This document shows positions 10,888 to 20,374 of a DNA stretch of 64,000 nt, piece after piece. The position numbers and the translations under genes were made by a program. Within the stretch, counting starts at the first letter, position 1, and each line of letters begins with the position of its first letter. Origin of the DNA: Candidatus Poribacteria bacterium (GTDB lineage: Bacteria > Poribacteria > WGA-4E > WGA-3G); contig OZ243938.1 in assembly GCA_965214095.1 (NCBI GenBank), positions 256,001 to 320,000 on the forward strand, given 5' to 3'. Below the pieces are notes generated by a model that did no database searches, was not told the DNA's origin, and worked only from the letters and a program-made list of their open reading frames with translations.

Positions 10888-11424
10888 TCAGAAACGGTAC
10901 AAAAATTGTAGGCTTGCGCGTTGTGTTTGAAAATCGTAATTCGGTTGAACACTAAATAACTGTGACCTACCGTAAATCTGATTATTTGTTGTTCTGGGTG
11001 AAGATGATATGTTCAATGGATATTGATTATTCAGGAATGCATTTCCTGGATTGTCCGATGTTGAAGCAGTATCAACTGTAGCATTATGAAATTGGTTCAT
11101 AATGGAAAATAAAACAGCAAATCCAATACAACCATACCCAACACGAGACATGATTGTCGTTGCATTTTCTCTGAGAACTGTTTCATCTTTTAGGCTTTGT
11201 ATATCAGCTTGCGTTGTAGCAGAAAGATATTCTTCATATTTGTTTTCTGCAGAAGTGTTCAAAAATGTACTACCAACCTGAAAACCTATACCAGATATTA
11301 GGAGTGTTATCGCAAGTCCATTTGATCGTTTCTTTGCGTGAACTGGTGATATTGTTAAACAAAGTAAAACAATACACAATATTCCAATTATTAAACGGTT
11401 CGGTTTCAAACCCAAATGTATCAT
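10888..11424 (-). CDS. Hypothetical membrane protein
   Basis: Signal peptide, two hydrophobic helices and a C-terminal beta hairpin ending in YRF. Confidence 0.65.
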   Translation of the reverse strand: MIHLGLKPNRLIIGILCIVLLCLTISPVHAKKRSNGLAITLLISGIGFQVGSTFLNTSAENKYEEYLSATTQADIQSLKDETVLRENATTIMSRVGYGCIGFAVLFSIMNQFHNATVDTASTSDNPGNAFLNNQYPLNISSSPRTTNNQIYGRSQLFSVQPNYDFQTQRASLQFLYRF

Positions 11425-11470
11425 TATTCTGTATATTCCTTTCAGATGTGTTTGATATAATTAATAGTTA

Positions 11471-11499
11471 AGTGTATCTGATTATTTTTTGAAAGTCAA
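11471..11499 (-). promoter_or_regulatory. sigma70-type promoter for the 11424-8234 gene run
   Basis: TTGACT-17 bp-TACACT on the minus strand. Confidence 0.5.
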
Positions 11500-11608
11500 T
11501 GTAAAATGAAATGAAGGGAGAATTCTTCAATCGTTCAAATTCAATATTTCCTGTTTAGGTAAGAAGTTAGTGCCAAGAACTTTACACACCATCCAGAACA
11601 ACTTCAAT

Positions 11609-11637
11609 TTGACAAATTGACTATAAAGTGTTAAAAT
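11609..11637 (+). promoter_or_regulatory. sigma70-type promoter upstream of the GGGP synthase gene
   Basis: TTGACA-17 bp-TAAAAT with an extended -10 TG. Confidence 0.65.
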
Positions 11638-11748
11638 TGTTTAGTTTTGTTAGCAACATAGCGTGTTTGCAGACTAATGCCAATGATAGATGAAATTAAT
11701 ATATCGAACTCACGTTAATAAATATGTTAATATAAGGAATACAGACAT

Positions 11749-12495
11749 TTGACATCAGAAAGTGTTCTGCAATACCTCCACGGGGTAATACAAAAAAAGA
11801 AGGCTGGTTATCTGGTTCTCATTGATCCCGATGTATATGAGATTGAGAGATGTGCTAATCTTGCTTGTGAGATTGAACGAGCTGGTGCTGATGCGATCTT
11901 ACTTGGTGGTAGTCTTTTGACCAATGACCTTCGTCCGATTGCAGAACACTTGAAAGCATCCACAACTCTACCTATAATCCTGTTCCCTGGTGATTCTATG
12001 CATCTGACACCTTATGCAGATGCCATTCTTTATATGAGCTTAATTAGTGGTCGAAACCCAAATTATCTTATTGGTGAACAGGTCAAAGCTGCTCCGTGGA
12101 TACAACAGTATAATCTGGAGCCAATTCCAACAGGTTATATGTTGATTGATGGTGGTAATAGAACTACAGTTGAATTTATGAGTGGCACTGTACCAATCCC
12201 GCGTAATAAACCAGATATTGCTGGTACACACGCTTTGGCAGCACAATACCTTGGAATGAAAATGGTCTACTTAGAAGCGGGAAGTGGTGCTGAACTTCCT
12301 GTGCCTGACGACTTAATTGCAAAGGTTCATGCCCAAATTAATATACCACTGATAGTTGGTGGCGGTATCCGATCCCCCCAAATGGCTTCTCAGAAAGTTA
12401 ATGCTGGTGCAGATTTCATTGTCACTGGTAATATCCTTGAAGAAAATCACTCCTATCATTTTATGAAACAATTTGCCGATGCAATACACGGATGA
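11749..12495 (+). CDS. Geranylgeranylglyceryl/heptaprenylglyceryl phosphate synthase, group II type
   Basis: LIDPD, LLGGS, ILFPG, MSLISGRNPNYLIG, YLEAGSGA, IVGGGIR and IVTGN motifs. TTG start with AAGGAA RBS. Confidence 0.92.
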   Translation: MTSESVLQYLHGVIQKKKAGYLVLIDPDVYEIERCANLACEIERAGADAILLGGSLLTNDLRPIAEHLKASTTLPIILFPGDSMHLTPYADAILYMSLISGRNPNYLIGEQVKAAPWIQQYNLEPIPTGYMLIDGGNRTTVEFMSGTVPIPRNKPDIAGTHALAAQYLGMKMVYLEAGSGAELPVPDDLIAKVHAQINIPLIVGGGIRSPQMASQKVNAGADFIVTGNILEENHSYHFMKQFADAIHG

Positions 12496-12571
12496 ACTTG
12501 ACACGAGATATTCTCAAAATTCAGTACTCAGTATTATATTGATAATAATAACGAAAGAGAGGTAATTCATC

Positions 12572-13303
12572 ATGTCTGAAAATAATGAAAATGAGGTAGT
12601 TATAGAAATAGAAACGGAAGAAAACGATAAACCGGATTTTCTAATTGATGAATCAAAAGAAGAAACAGAAACATCTAATGAAACAGAAGAACGCACAATA
12701 GAAACTGTTGAAGCAGAACTTGAAGCACTTAAGGAAGATTTTAAAAATAAACTGGAAGCAGTCGCAGAAATAGAACGTGAGCAGTATCAAGCTGAACGGG
12801 AACGTTTACTTCGTACTGCCGCTGAAGCAGAAAATTCAAAAAAACGTATAGAAATAGATGCTCAGAAGCAGCTAAAATATGCCAATAAGACCCTTGTTGA
12901 AGGTTTGATTCCAGTATTAGATAGTATTGAAGCAGCGATAAAGAGCCTATCGGATAAAAAAGATGAAAGCGAGACATCTACAGATGTTACACACTTCAGT
13001 GATGGAGTCCAGTTAGTTCAGAAACAACTGTTAGATGTGTTGAAAACAAATGGACTCACTACAATAGAAGCAGTTGGTGGACCTTTTGATCCTAATCAAC
13101 ATGAAGCGGTATTTGCAACTGAATCAGATGATGTCCCGGAAGGAGAGGTAATTGAGGAATTTAGATGTGGCTACCAATTACACGATCAGATTCTTCGTGC
13201 TGCACAAGTAATTGTTTCAAAAGGTAGACCTAAAGAAGAAGCTGAAACTGAAGACACTGAAACACAACAAGAGGATAACACTACCAAGAATAGTGATGAG
13301 TAA
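12572..13303 (+). CDS. grpE: Nucleotide exchange factor GrpE
   Basis: Acidic N-terminus; LRTAAEAENSKKR, LIPVLDS, FDPNQHEAV and GYQLHDQILRAAQVIVS motifs. Confidence 0.95.
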   Translation: MSENNENEVVIEIETEENDKPDFLIDESKEETETSNETEERTIETVEAELEALKEDFKNKLEAVAEIEREQYQAERERLLRTAAEAENSKKRIEIDAQKQLKYANKTLVEGLIPVLDSIEAAIKSLSDKKDESETSTDVTHFSDGVQLVQKQLLDVLKTNGLTTIEAVGGPFDPNQHEAVFATESDDVPEGEVIEEFRCGYQLHDQILRAAQVIVSKGRPKEEAETEDTETQQEDNTTKNSDE

Positions 13304-13326
13304 TCTCAATTTAGGTAGAAAATGCT

Positions 13327-14433
13327 ATGATGCAAAAGCGGGATTATTACGATATACTAGATGTGAGCAGAGATGCTAACGAGGACGAAATAAAGAAAGC
13401 ATATCGAAAGTTAGCAATCAAGTATCATCCTGATAAAAATCCGGATGACAAAGAAGCAGAAGCAAAGTTTATTGAAGCAGCCGAAGCTTACGATGTCTTG
13501 TTGACTCCAGAAAAACGTCAACGTTATGATCAATATGGTCATGCTGGTTTAGAAGGTATGTCATCAGGACATGGTGTAGGGATAAATATAGACGAAATAA
13601 TTAATGATGTGTTTGGTGAGATGTTTGGTGGATTTCGTAGAAGTAGAACCAGACAAGGTCGAAGTCTGCAAACAAATCTTGAGATTACACTTGAAGATGC
13701 CTATAGTGGAAAAGAAGTGGCAATTGAAGTTCCACGAGTAGAATCATGTCCTGATTGTGATGGAAGTGGTGCGGAAAAAGGTTCAACTGTTGATACTTGT
13801 CCGCAGTGCTATGGACGTGGACAAGTGACGCAATCACAAGGATTCTTTACGCTGCAACGCACTTGCCATCGTTGTCATGGTAGTGGTGAAGTGATACAGA
13901 AACCGTGTAGAAATTGTAATGGACAAGGACGCGTTAGAGTTAAACGTGAGATTAAACTAAAAATTGACAAGGGTGTAGATACCGGTTTTGAGTATCGTCT
14001 ACAGGGACAAGGAGAAGTAGGAGCATCGGGAGGTGTTCCCGGAGACCTCCTTGTTGTCCTTCATGTTGCCCCACACGATAGATTTAAACGGAGTGGGAAT
14101 GATCTAATTACTTCAACAAAAGTTTCGTTTGTACAGGCAGCACTTGGATGTACTATTGAGGTTAATGGTATTGATGGATCACACCAATTGGTTATTCCGG
14201 CGGGAACACAATATGGAGACCAATTGCGTATACAAGGCAAAGGGATGCCAAAATATCGTAGTTCCAGTTTTGGTGACCTTGTGGTACATGTGGGTATTGA
14301 AACACCGAGGAATATTACTGATGAACAACGTAAACTATTAGAGAACTTTGATGAACTGCATGAAGGCACATCAGATTCTAGCAATGGTGGATTTTGGGAT
14401 AAACTGTTTAGCCTAATAGATGATAAAGATTGA
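13327..14433 (+). CDS. dnaJ: Chaperone DnaJ
   Basis: J-domain with HPD and four CxxCxGxG zinc-finger repeats. Confidence 0.97.
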   Translation: MMQKRDYYDILDVSRDANEDEIKKAYRKLAIKYHPDKNPDDKEAEAKFIEAAEAYDVLLTPEKRQRYDQYGHAGLEGMSSGHGVGINIDEIINDVFGEMFGGFRRSRTRQGRSLQTNLEITLEDAYSGKEVAIEVPRVESCPDCDGSGAEKGSTVDTCPQCYGRGQVTQSQGFFTLQRTCHRCHGSGEVIQKPCRNCNGQGRVRVKREIKLKIDKGVDTGFEYRLQGQGEVGASGGVPGDLLVVLHVAPHDRFKRSGNDLITSTKVSFVQAALGCTIEVNGIDGSHQLVIPAGTQYGDQLRIQGKGMPKYRSSSFGDLVVHVGIETPRNITDEQRKLLENFDELHEGTSDSSNGGFWDKLFSLIDDKD

Positions 14434-14478
14434 GAATATTTCATTTCAAACTCAAGTTGTCACTCGTTTCTAATTTTT

Positions 14479-15366
14479 ATGAATTTGGCACAAATTACGA
14501 TTACTACCTCTGATGAGGCATCTGAAGCAGTGGGAAACTTTCTTTTTGAAATGGGTACTCACGGCGTTGAACTGAAAGATTCGTCTAATAACACAACATC
14601 TCTCACCGCATATTTCCCACTTGATGACCGTGTTGATAACAGAATAAAGCAAATAAAAGACTTTCTTACTGAACTACCAAAATGGGGAATTCAACCTAAT
14701 CCTGCCAAAATAGATTTAAAACGGATTGCGTCAGAAGAATGGGCAGAAGCATGGAAATCAGACTACCATCCACAGAAGATAGGAAACCGATTTCTGGTCG
14801 CACCGACTTGGTATGACATCCCGCCTGAGGACACAAATATACACATTCGTCTTGATCCGGGAATGGCATTTGGTACTGGTTATCACCCAACAACAAGATT
14901 GTCCCTGAGAATGTTGGAGCAAACTCTCAAACCAAATCAATATGTCGTTGATATCGGCACGGGTTCAGGGATTCTGGCTATCGCTGCTGTGAAGTTAGGT
15001 GCAAAACAGGTGGACGCCATAGAACTTGATGGCTCCGCAATTCCGATTGCAAATGCAAATTTCAGGATAAACCATATCAAAGAACAGATTACTTTGTTTC
15101 AGGGGGATGGACTAAGTTCAGTTGATAATAAATATGATCTTATTATTGGAAATATACTAACAAAAGCCATTCTACCAATTATTCCATACTGTCCAGCAAG
15201 GATGGAACCAAATGGACATGTCATCTTTTCTGGTATATTAGAATCTGAACAGGATGTGATTCAGGAAGTATTGACAGAAAACGGAATGGAATGTATCCAG
15301 GTCATGCATGAATCAGAGGATGATGTTAAGTGGGTAGCAATTAAGGCAAAATTGATTAACCGATAG
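14479..15366 (+). CDS. prmA: Ribosomal protein L11 methyltransferase
   Basis: LDPGMAFGTGYHPTT, DIGTGSGILAI and IFSGIL motifs; follows dnaJ. Confidence 0.95.
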   Translation: MNLAQITITTSDEASEAVGNFLFEMGTHGVELKDSSNNTTSLTAYFPLDDRVDNRIKQIKDFLTELPKWGIQPNPAKIDLKRIASEEWAEAWKSDYHPQKIGNRFLVAPTWYDIPPEDTNIHIRLDPGMAFGTGYHPTTRLSLRMLEQTLKPNQYVVDIGTGSGILAIAAVKLGAKQVDAIELDGSAIPIANANFRINHIKEQITLFQGDGLSSVDNKYDLIIGNILTKAILPIIPYCPARMEPNGHVIFSGILESEQDVIQEVLTENGMECIQVMHESEDDVKWVAIKAKLINR

Positions 15367-15368
15367 AA

Positions 15369-15629
15369 CTAATCAGGCTTTTCCTTTGCTAATCCGTGGC
15401 ACAAAGTACACCTACCAAGGTTAAGATGTGGCATCGTAGGCGTTTTTTCATCTCCTTTGAGATGGCATTTCAAACATGTAGGATTATCGGTTGGTTGAAT
15501 GTGTACATCTATATTTGAACGTGCGGGGGCAGCATTGAAAAAGAGAATAACCATCACAATTGCGAAAATTAAACCAATCACACTGACAATATAGAAAAGC
15601 ACCTTTGGGTTTGCTTGGTCTGTTGGCAT
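15369..15629 (-). CDS. Small membrane-anchored diheme c-type cytochrome
   Basis: One N-terminal TM helix. CLKCH and CTLCH heme-binding motifs, plus extra His residues (VH, PTMPH) as candidate axial ligands. Confidence 0.75.
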   Translation of the reverse strand: MPTDQANPKVLFYIVSVIGLIFAIVMVILFFNAAPARSNIDVHIQPTDNPTCLKCHLKGDEKTPTMPHLNLGRCTLCHGLAKEKPD

Positions 15630-15718
15630 TTAAAAGAGATGAACTCCTAATTTGTAATATACTCAAATCATATAATAGGATAACCAAAAATCAGCGATTC
15701 TGCAAATCAATTTGCATA

Positions 15719-16567
15719 TCAGTGAAAAAATGGAAATAAGATTGGTATATTTTCTTGTGTTAAAGATGCACCGTATTCACAGGATTCAAATGCTTCTGCA
15801 TATTGGATGCTGTTCCCTTTTTGTTCTCCATAAAGTTCAATTAGCATTTTGCGATACTTATTGGCAATTGAACTAAAACGATTTCTTAGTCGTTCAGCAA
15901 GCCATTTGCGACGTTCAACAGCATTATCTGGTACTGCATTGAGCGTTCCGCTGTTGTATGGTAACCATTCATAGAACTGTGATGTGTGGCAGTGTAACAT
16001 ATCAATCTTCTTTTCGACAACATCATCTATGTCAACTACGACATCAGGAGAAAATGGAGTTGGTTTTTGGAAGCTATCACTGAGGTAGACAATAACAGGA
16101 TTTTTCTCTAAGTGGGGTGTAAGCGCACATATATTGGGGACAGTCACCATATAAGCTGCATCTTGAACAAGCATGGATGTATATCTATGGTCCGGATGGT
16201 AATCATTTGGACGGTGTGTCATGATCAGGTCAGGCTTAAATTCGCGTATTTTACGTATGATTTGATAGCGATTTTCCAAAGATGGCATCAGTTCACCATC
16301 GTGATTGTCAAGAAGTTCGTAATCAATACCGATGATATCTGCTGCCGCTTGTGCTTCGGCATTACGACGTATTGCTAAAGGTCCTCCACCTATTTCATGA
16401 TGTCCTGCATCTCCGTTTGTAACGGAAACAAATTTTACGGAATGTCCACGTTGTGTGTATAATGCAGCAATACCTCCTGCTTTAATATCACAATCATCGG
16501 GATGTGCGCCAAATACTAATACACGAAGTTGTTTTTTTATCATATTTTTATCCACTATAGATTGCAT
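15719..16567 (-). CDS. PIG-L/LmbE family deacetylase
   Basis: GAHPDD, TNGDAG, DYHPDH and HTSQF motifs. Confidence 0.92.
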   Translation of the reverse strand: MQSIVDKNMIKKQLRVLVFGAHPDDCDIKAGGIAALYTQRGHSVKFVSVTNGDAGHHEIGGGPLAIRRNAEAQAAADIIGIDYELLDNHDGELMPSLENRYQIIRKIREFKPDLIMTHRPNDYHPDHRYTSMLVQDAAYMVTVPNICALTPHLEKNPVIVYLSDSFQKPTPFSPDVVVDIDDVVEKKIDMLHCHTSQFYEWLPYNSGTLNAVPDNAVERRKWLAERLRNRFSSIANKYRKMLIELYGEQKGNSIQYAEAFESCEYGASLTQENIPILFPFFH

Positions 16568-16608
16568 GTCAATCTATGCAATCATACCAAACTATTGGAA
16601 TTGACCTT

Positions 16609-17076
16609 ATGAAGAACTGGAAAGTTGAAGTTTTCTATAAACCTGAAGTGCCTGACACAATCGGAAATGGCATCGTTGAAGATATATCTGATCTTGGTCT
16701 TACTGGTGTCACTTCAGTTAAAACAGCTACAGTTTATTGGATTGAGGGTGATCTGAATACTCAATCAATTCAACGCATAGCAACTGAACTGCTTGCTGAT
16801 CCAATAACACAAGACTATACCTATAAAAGTGATAATCTACAAAGTCAAGATTGGACGATTGAAGTGAAATTCAAACCCGGTGTCACTGACGCAGTCGGAG
16901 ATAGTACTGTCAAAGGCATAAATGATATTGGTATAACAGACGTTGACACTGTCCGTACTGGTAACAAGTATTGGCTATCAGGAAATTTGGATCCAAAAAC
17001 TATAGAGATAATCTCAAAGCAACTGCTGATGAATGATGTCATACAGACATATTCTTACCAAAAACCTAATTCCTAA
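16609..17076 (+). CDS. purS: Tandem PurS-like protein (FGAM synthase small subunit, two fused copies)
   Basis: Two repeats: VEVFYKPEVPDTIG...LLADPITQDY and IEVKFKPGVTDAVG...LLMNDVIQTY. Confidence 0.75.
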   Translation: MKNWKVEVFYKPEVPDTIGNGIVEDISDLGLTGVTSVKTATVYWIEGDLNTQSIQRIATELLADPITQDYTYKSDNLQSQDWTIEVKFKPGVTDAVGDSTVKGINDIGITDVDTVRTGNKYWLSGNLDPKTIEIISKQLLMNDVIQTYSYQKPNS

Positions 17077-17900
17077 CTTGCATACAATCTGATGACTGTC
17101 CCTAAGTTAAACCTAACAAGTAACGCGGTTGATACCTTACGGATCGGAAATAACCCATTAGTTGTTGGACTTACTCGCTTAGGTTTTCCAATCTTGATGT
17201 CATTAAATCCGTGTTTATGTAGCAATTTTGATAATGAACGCACCGAGAAATAGTAGAGATGATCTTTTGGATGAACGTAATGCCAATCCGCTTTATGAAG
17301 TCTACTCTGCAATCCTTCCCCGTTTGGCACTTCAATGACTAATGTGCCTGCATTTCCATTATTGGTTTTAGGTTTCAGAATGCGCCGCAACTCACTGAGA
17401 AACGGGTTCAGTTCAGAGATATGTTCCAAGACATGGAAAAGAGTGATTACATTGAAATGTGCAGTAGGATAATCTGCATCAAAAATGTCCCCACAATGCA
17501 CATCCAGATTATGTACATTCTGAGCAAAATCACAACCACTTTTTGATGGATCAATACCTTGTGTCTCCCATCCTTGTTCACTCGCGAGGTGAAGGAACGT
17601 TCCAATCCCACACCCTACATCAAGGAGTCTCGCTTTACTACCGTGAAGTTTCTCTAATTCTGAAAGACGTTCCGACATCTGCAACCATTCCATACTATCC
17701 GTATGAATACGTTCTACTTTCTCTTGTGGATAATAAGTCTCAACATAACCTTTTTCAAGTGATTGATGATCAATCCGAGGATTCACATATCGCAGCCGAC
17801 ACTTTTGGCAGATTAGTATAGATAATGAATCTTTGGTAAAGAGCAACTCCGTCTCATTCTGTTCACAAATAGGGCAGTCAATATGTTCTAAAGTACTCAT
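17073..17900 (-). CDS. Class I SAM-dependent methyltransferase with N-terminal Zn-binding motif
   Basis: CPIC...CQKC, LLDVGCGIG, FHVLEH and IEVPN motifs. Confidence 0.9.
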   Translation of the reverse strand: MSTLEHIDCPICEQNETELLFTKDSLSILICQKCRLRYVNPRIDHQSLEKGYVETYYPQEKVERIHTDSMEWLQMSERLSELEKLHGSKARLLDVGCGIGTFLHLASEQGWETQGIDPSKSGCDFAQNVHNLDVHCGDIFDADYPTAHFNVITLFHVLEHISELNPFLSELRRILKPKTNNGNAGTLVIEVPNGEGLQSRLHKADWHYVHPKDHLYYFSVRSLSKLLHKHGFNDIKIGKPKRVSPTTNGLFPIRKVSTALLVRFNLGTVIRLYAS

Positions 17901-17924
17901 AAATCTTACCGGTAATGCTGCAGA

Positions 17925-18896
17925 CTAAAAGAGCGGGAGTCCTAAGGCTTCTACATATACAGAATATAAAGATTGACTCCCCGTCATAAAGAGTCTATTT
18001 CGCTTTACACCACCGAAACACAGATTAGAACAGATTTCTGGTAGGTGTATTTTCCCAATCAGTGTGCCATCAGGGGAAAATATGTGAACACCGTCATAGC
18101 CGTCACCTACCCAACCTGCACTTGCCCATAAATTTCCATCAATATCGCATCGTATCCCATCAGCAATGCCTGGAGACATATCGCAGAATGTGCGTTTGTT
18201 GACTAAAGTATCTCCATTTTCTATATCAAAGACATATATGTTTCTGGGTGTACCCTCTTTGTGCGTAACTCCTGTGTCAACTATATACAGTTTATCGTAA
18301 TTTGGAGAGAAACAGATACCGTTTGGTTTTTCCAGTTCGTCTGTAACTACGGTTGCTTCACCTGTATCTGGGTCAAGACGATATACAGACGTTGGCAGAT
18401 CAAACTCCGCAATATGGCCTTCGTAATTGAGCATAATACCATATCCTGGGTCTGTGAACCATATATTACCATCAGGATGAACAGCGACATCATTCGGTGC
18501 GTTTAGTCTTTTACCGTTGAAGATGTCAATTAGTACGGTTACCGTTCCATCATATTCAGTCCGGGTGACACGACGCGTGCCATGTTCACAACTAATGAGT
18601 CTTCCTTGCCGATCTCTGGTATGACCGTTACTATAATTTGATGGTTTGCGATAGACACTGACTTTCCCGTTTGCTTCTTCCCATTTCAAAATACGGTTAT
18701 TTGGTATATCACTCCATAAGAGATAGCCTCCATCCCCAAACCAGACAGGTCCTTCTGACCATCTTGCCCCTGTCCACAAGCGTTCAACAACGGAATTACC
18801 TATTTTGTATTTAGCAAACCGACTGTCAATAACTTCAATTGCTGGATCAGGGTAACGTGTTATTGTTCCATCCCATTTTCTAACTGATTCCTTCAT
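17925..18896 (-). CDS. SMP-30/gluconolactonase family protein
   Basis: WSEGPVW, WSDIPNNR, NAPND, FTDPGYG, PNGICFS and DGIRCD motifs. Start placed after GGAGG. Confidence 0.93.
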   Translation of the reverse strand: MKESVRKWDGTITRYPDPAIEVIDSRFAKYKIGNSVVERLWTGARWSEGPVWFGDGGYLLWSDIPNNRILKWEEANGKVSVYRKPSNYSNGHTRDRQGRLISCEHGTRRVTRTEYDGTVTVLIDIFNGKRLNAPNDVAVHPDGNIWFTDPGYGIMLNYEGHIAEFDLPTSVYRLDPDTGEATVVTDELEKPNGICFSPNYDKLYIVDTGVTHKEGTPRNIYVFDIENGDTLVNKRTFCDMSPGIADGIRCDIDGNLWASAGWVGDGYDGVHIFSPDGTLIGKIHLPEICSNLCFGGVKRNRLFMTGSQSLYSVYVEALGLPLF

Positions 18897-18978
18897 TATT
18901 GTTCCTCCAGAATTCGCATGTCTTACTATATAGTATAGCATGGATTGTTTGTGTGATGAATAGAATTTATCGGAGACG

Positions 18979-19223
18979 CAGGGTTATTTGGTTTTCGGTT
19001 TATCTTATGTTTTTTTCACAAATGCTAAATGTCCCAAGCCGGTAGGTGCGGTTCCTAACCAATGCAGAATACCATACGCGTATTCTGCCGAATTTGTGAT
19101 AAAACCTTTCATAGTCAGTTTTATTGTGGGTTCCGGTGCGGTTAGGAAACCGCACCTACCTTCTTGGGTATTAACTTTTAGCAAATCTCTATTTTGGAAA
19201 ATACTTAAAACTAAATAACCCTG
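18979..19223. mobile_element. MITE-like element B: 17-bp TIRs enclosing an inverted REP pair
   Basis: CAGGGTTATTTGGTTTT and AAAACTAAATAACCCTG match at 16/17. Inner TGCTAAA/TTTAGCA and CCCAAG/CTTGGG arms. Truncated REP at 19042-19060 and full REP at 19135-19159. Confidence 0.78.
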
Positions 19224-19304
19224 GATTATCTTACCAATTTAGGTATTATAAGTGGTATAATATTAGAGTACGAAATTATTCGTGAAATAATAATGGAGGA
19301 AACA
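19224..19304 (+). pseudogene. Remnant of a long Rpn-family (PD-(D/E)XK nuclease/putative transposase) gene
   Basis: Stop-free frame DYLTNLGIISGIILEYEIIREIIMEET continues into the downstream ORF and begins exactly at the right TIR of element B. Confidence 0.55.
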
Positions 19305-19541
19305 ATGCAAGAATCAACTGTCATTCAACACTTCATACAACAAGGAATCTCACAAGGAGTTCGTGAAGCAACAATTGAAGCGATACTTGAAGTTCTTGAG
19401 GTGCATTTTGAGTCTGATTCTGTCCAAACCTTGAAACCAATTCTTGGTACCATTGAAGACATTCAACAACTTAAGTATCTACTTCGTGAGGCAGCACGAG
19501 CTAAAAGCCTTGATGAATTTAAATTGATACTGCCTGAGTAG
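19305..19541 (+). CDS. Small Rpn C-terminal (RpnS/DUF4351-like) protein
   Basis: MQESTVIQHFIQQGISQG...ILEVLEVHF...IEDIQQLKYLLREAARAKSLDEF resembles Rpn C-termini. GGAGG lies 5 nt before the ATG, and TGnTATAAT is at 19253-19261. Confidence 0.7.
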   Translation: MQESTVIQHFIQQGISQGVREATIEAILEVLEVHFESDSVQTLKPILGTIEDIQQLKYLLREAARAKSLDEFKLILPE

Positions 19542-19551
19542 GAGGATTGAT

Positions 19552-20265
19552 ATGTTGAACCAGAACCGAAATGTTCTTATCACTGGTGGAACGGGGATAT
19601 TAGGTAGTGCAGTTACTAAAGCCTACCTTGCAAAAGATGACAATGTTGCGGTTACTTATCTTTTTGATGATGAAGTAGAACGATTCAAGCAGTATAATCC
19701 AGAAATCTATGAAGAAGTGACCTTTCTTTTTGCAAATGTAACTGAGGAGGAAGCGGTACAACAAACTATAGAAACGTTCATCAATCAATTCGGACATCTT
19801 GATATATTAGTAAATATTGTTGGTGGATTTGTCGGTGGAATTCCAGCTGCTGAACTTGAACAAGACAGATGGGATTTTATGATGAACCTAAATCTGAAAT
19901 CTGTTTTTCTATGTTGCAAAGCGGTTCTTCCACACATGGTAGAACGGAGTTTTGGTAAGATTGTAAATGTATCAGCGCGTGCGGGTTTGAAAGGTGAGGC
20001 TGGTTTGAGTGCATACTGTGTATCAAAAGGTGGAGTGCGTACCCTTACAGAATCGTTAGCTGCCGAGGTAATGGATTCTGGTATCAATGTCAACTGCATC
20101 ATGCCGAGTATAATGGATACACCCATGAATCGAGAAGCAATGCCTGATGAAGATCATAGTCGTTGGGTGAAAACTGATGATGTTGCGAGAGTAATCTCCT
20201 TCCTGACATCAGATGATGCTTCCATTATCAACGGTGCTGCTATTCCTGTATATGGGCGGGCATAG
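19552..20265 (+). CDS. SDR family oxidoreductase
   Basis: TGGTGILG, YCVSK catalytic motif and NCIMPSIMDT. Confidence 0.93.
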   Translation: MLNQNRNVLITGGTGILGSAVTKAYLAKDDNVAVTYLFDDEVERFKQYNPEIYEEVTFLFANVTEEEAVQQTIETFINQFGHLDILVNIVGGFVGGIPAAELEQDRWDFMMNLNLKSVFLCCKAVLPHMVERSFGKIVNVSARAGLKGEAGLSAYCVSKGGVRTLTESLAAEVMDSGINVNCIMPSIMDTPMNREAMPDEDHSRWVKTDDVARVISFLTSDDASIINGAAIPVYGRA

Positions 20266-20374
20266 ATAAGTAATACTACATCGTATTTCATAAATACCTA
20301 TCGAGTTGTTTTTCATTTTAAACGTAAATCATCTCTGTTGAACTATTCTATTCTGCTATGAGTAAGGAGATGTT

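Noticed and set aside
12496-12571. Possible CIRCE or heat-shock promoter before grpE
   Set aside because: TTGACA is present but has no properly spaced -10, and there is no TTAGCACTC-N9-GAGTGCTAA match.
18988-19218. 76-aa ORF
   Set aside because: It lies entirely within repeat element B and is a translation of the REP and TIR sequence.
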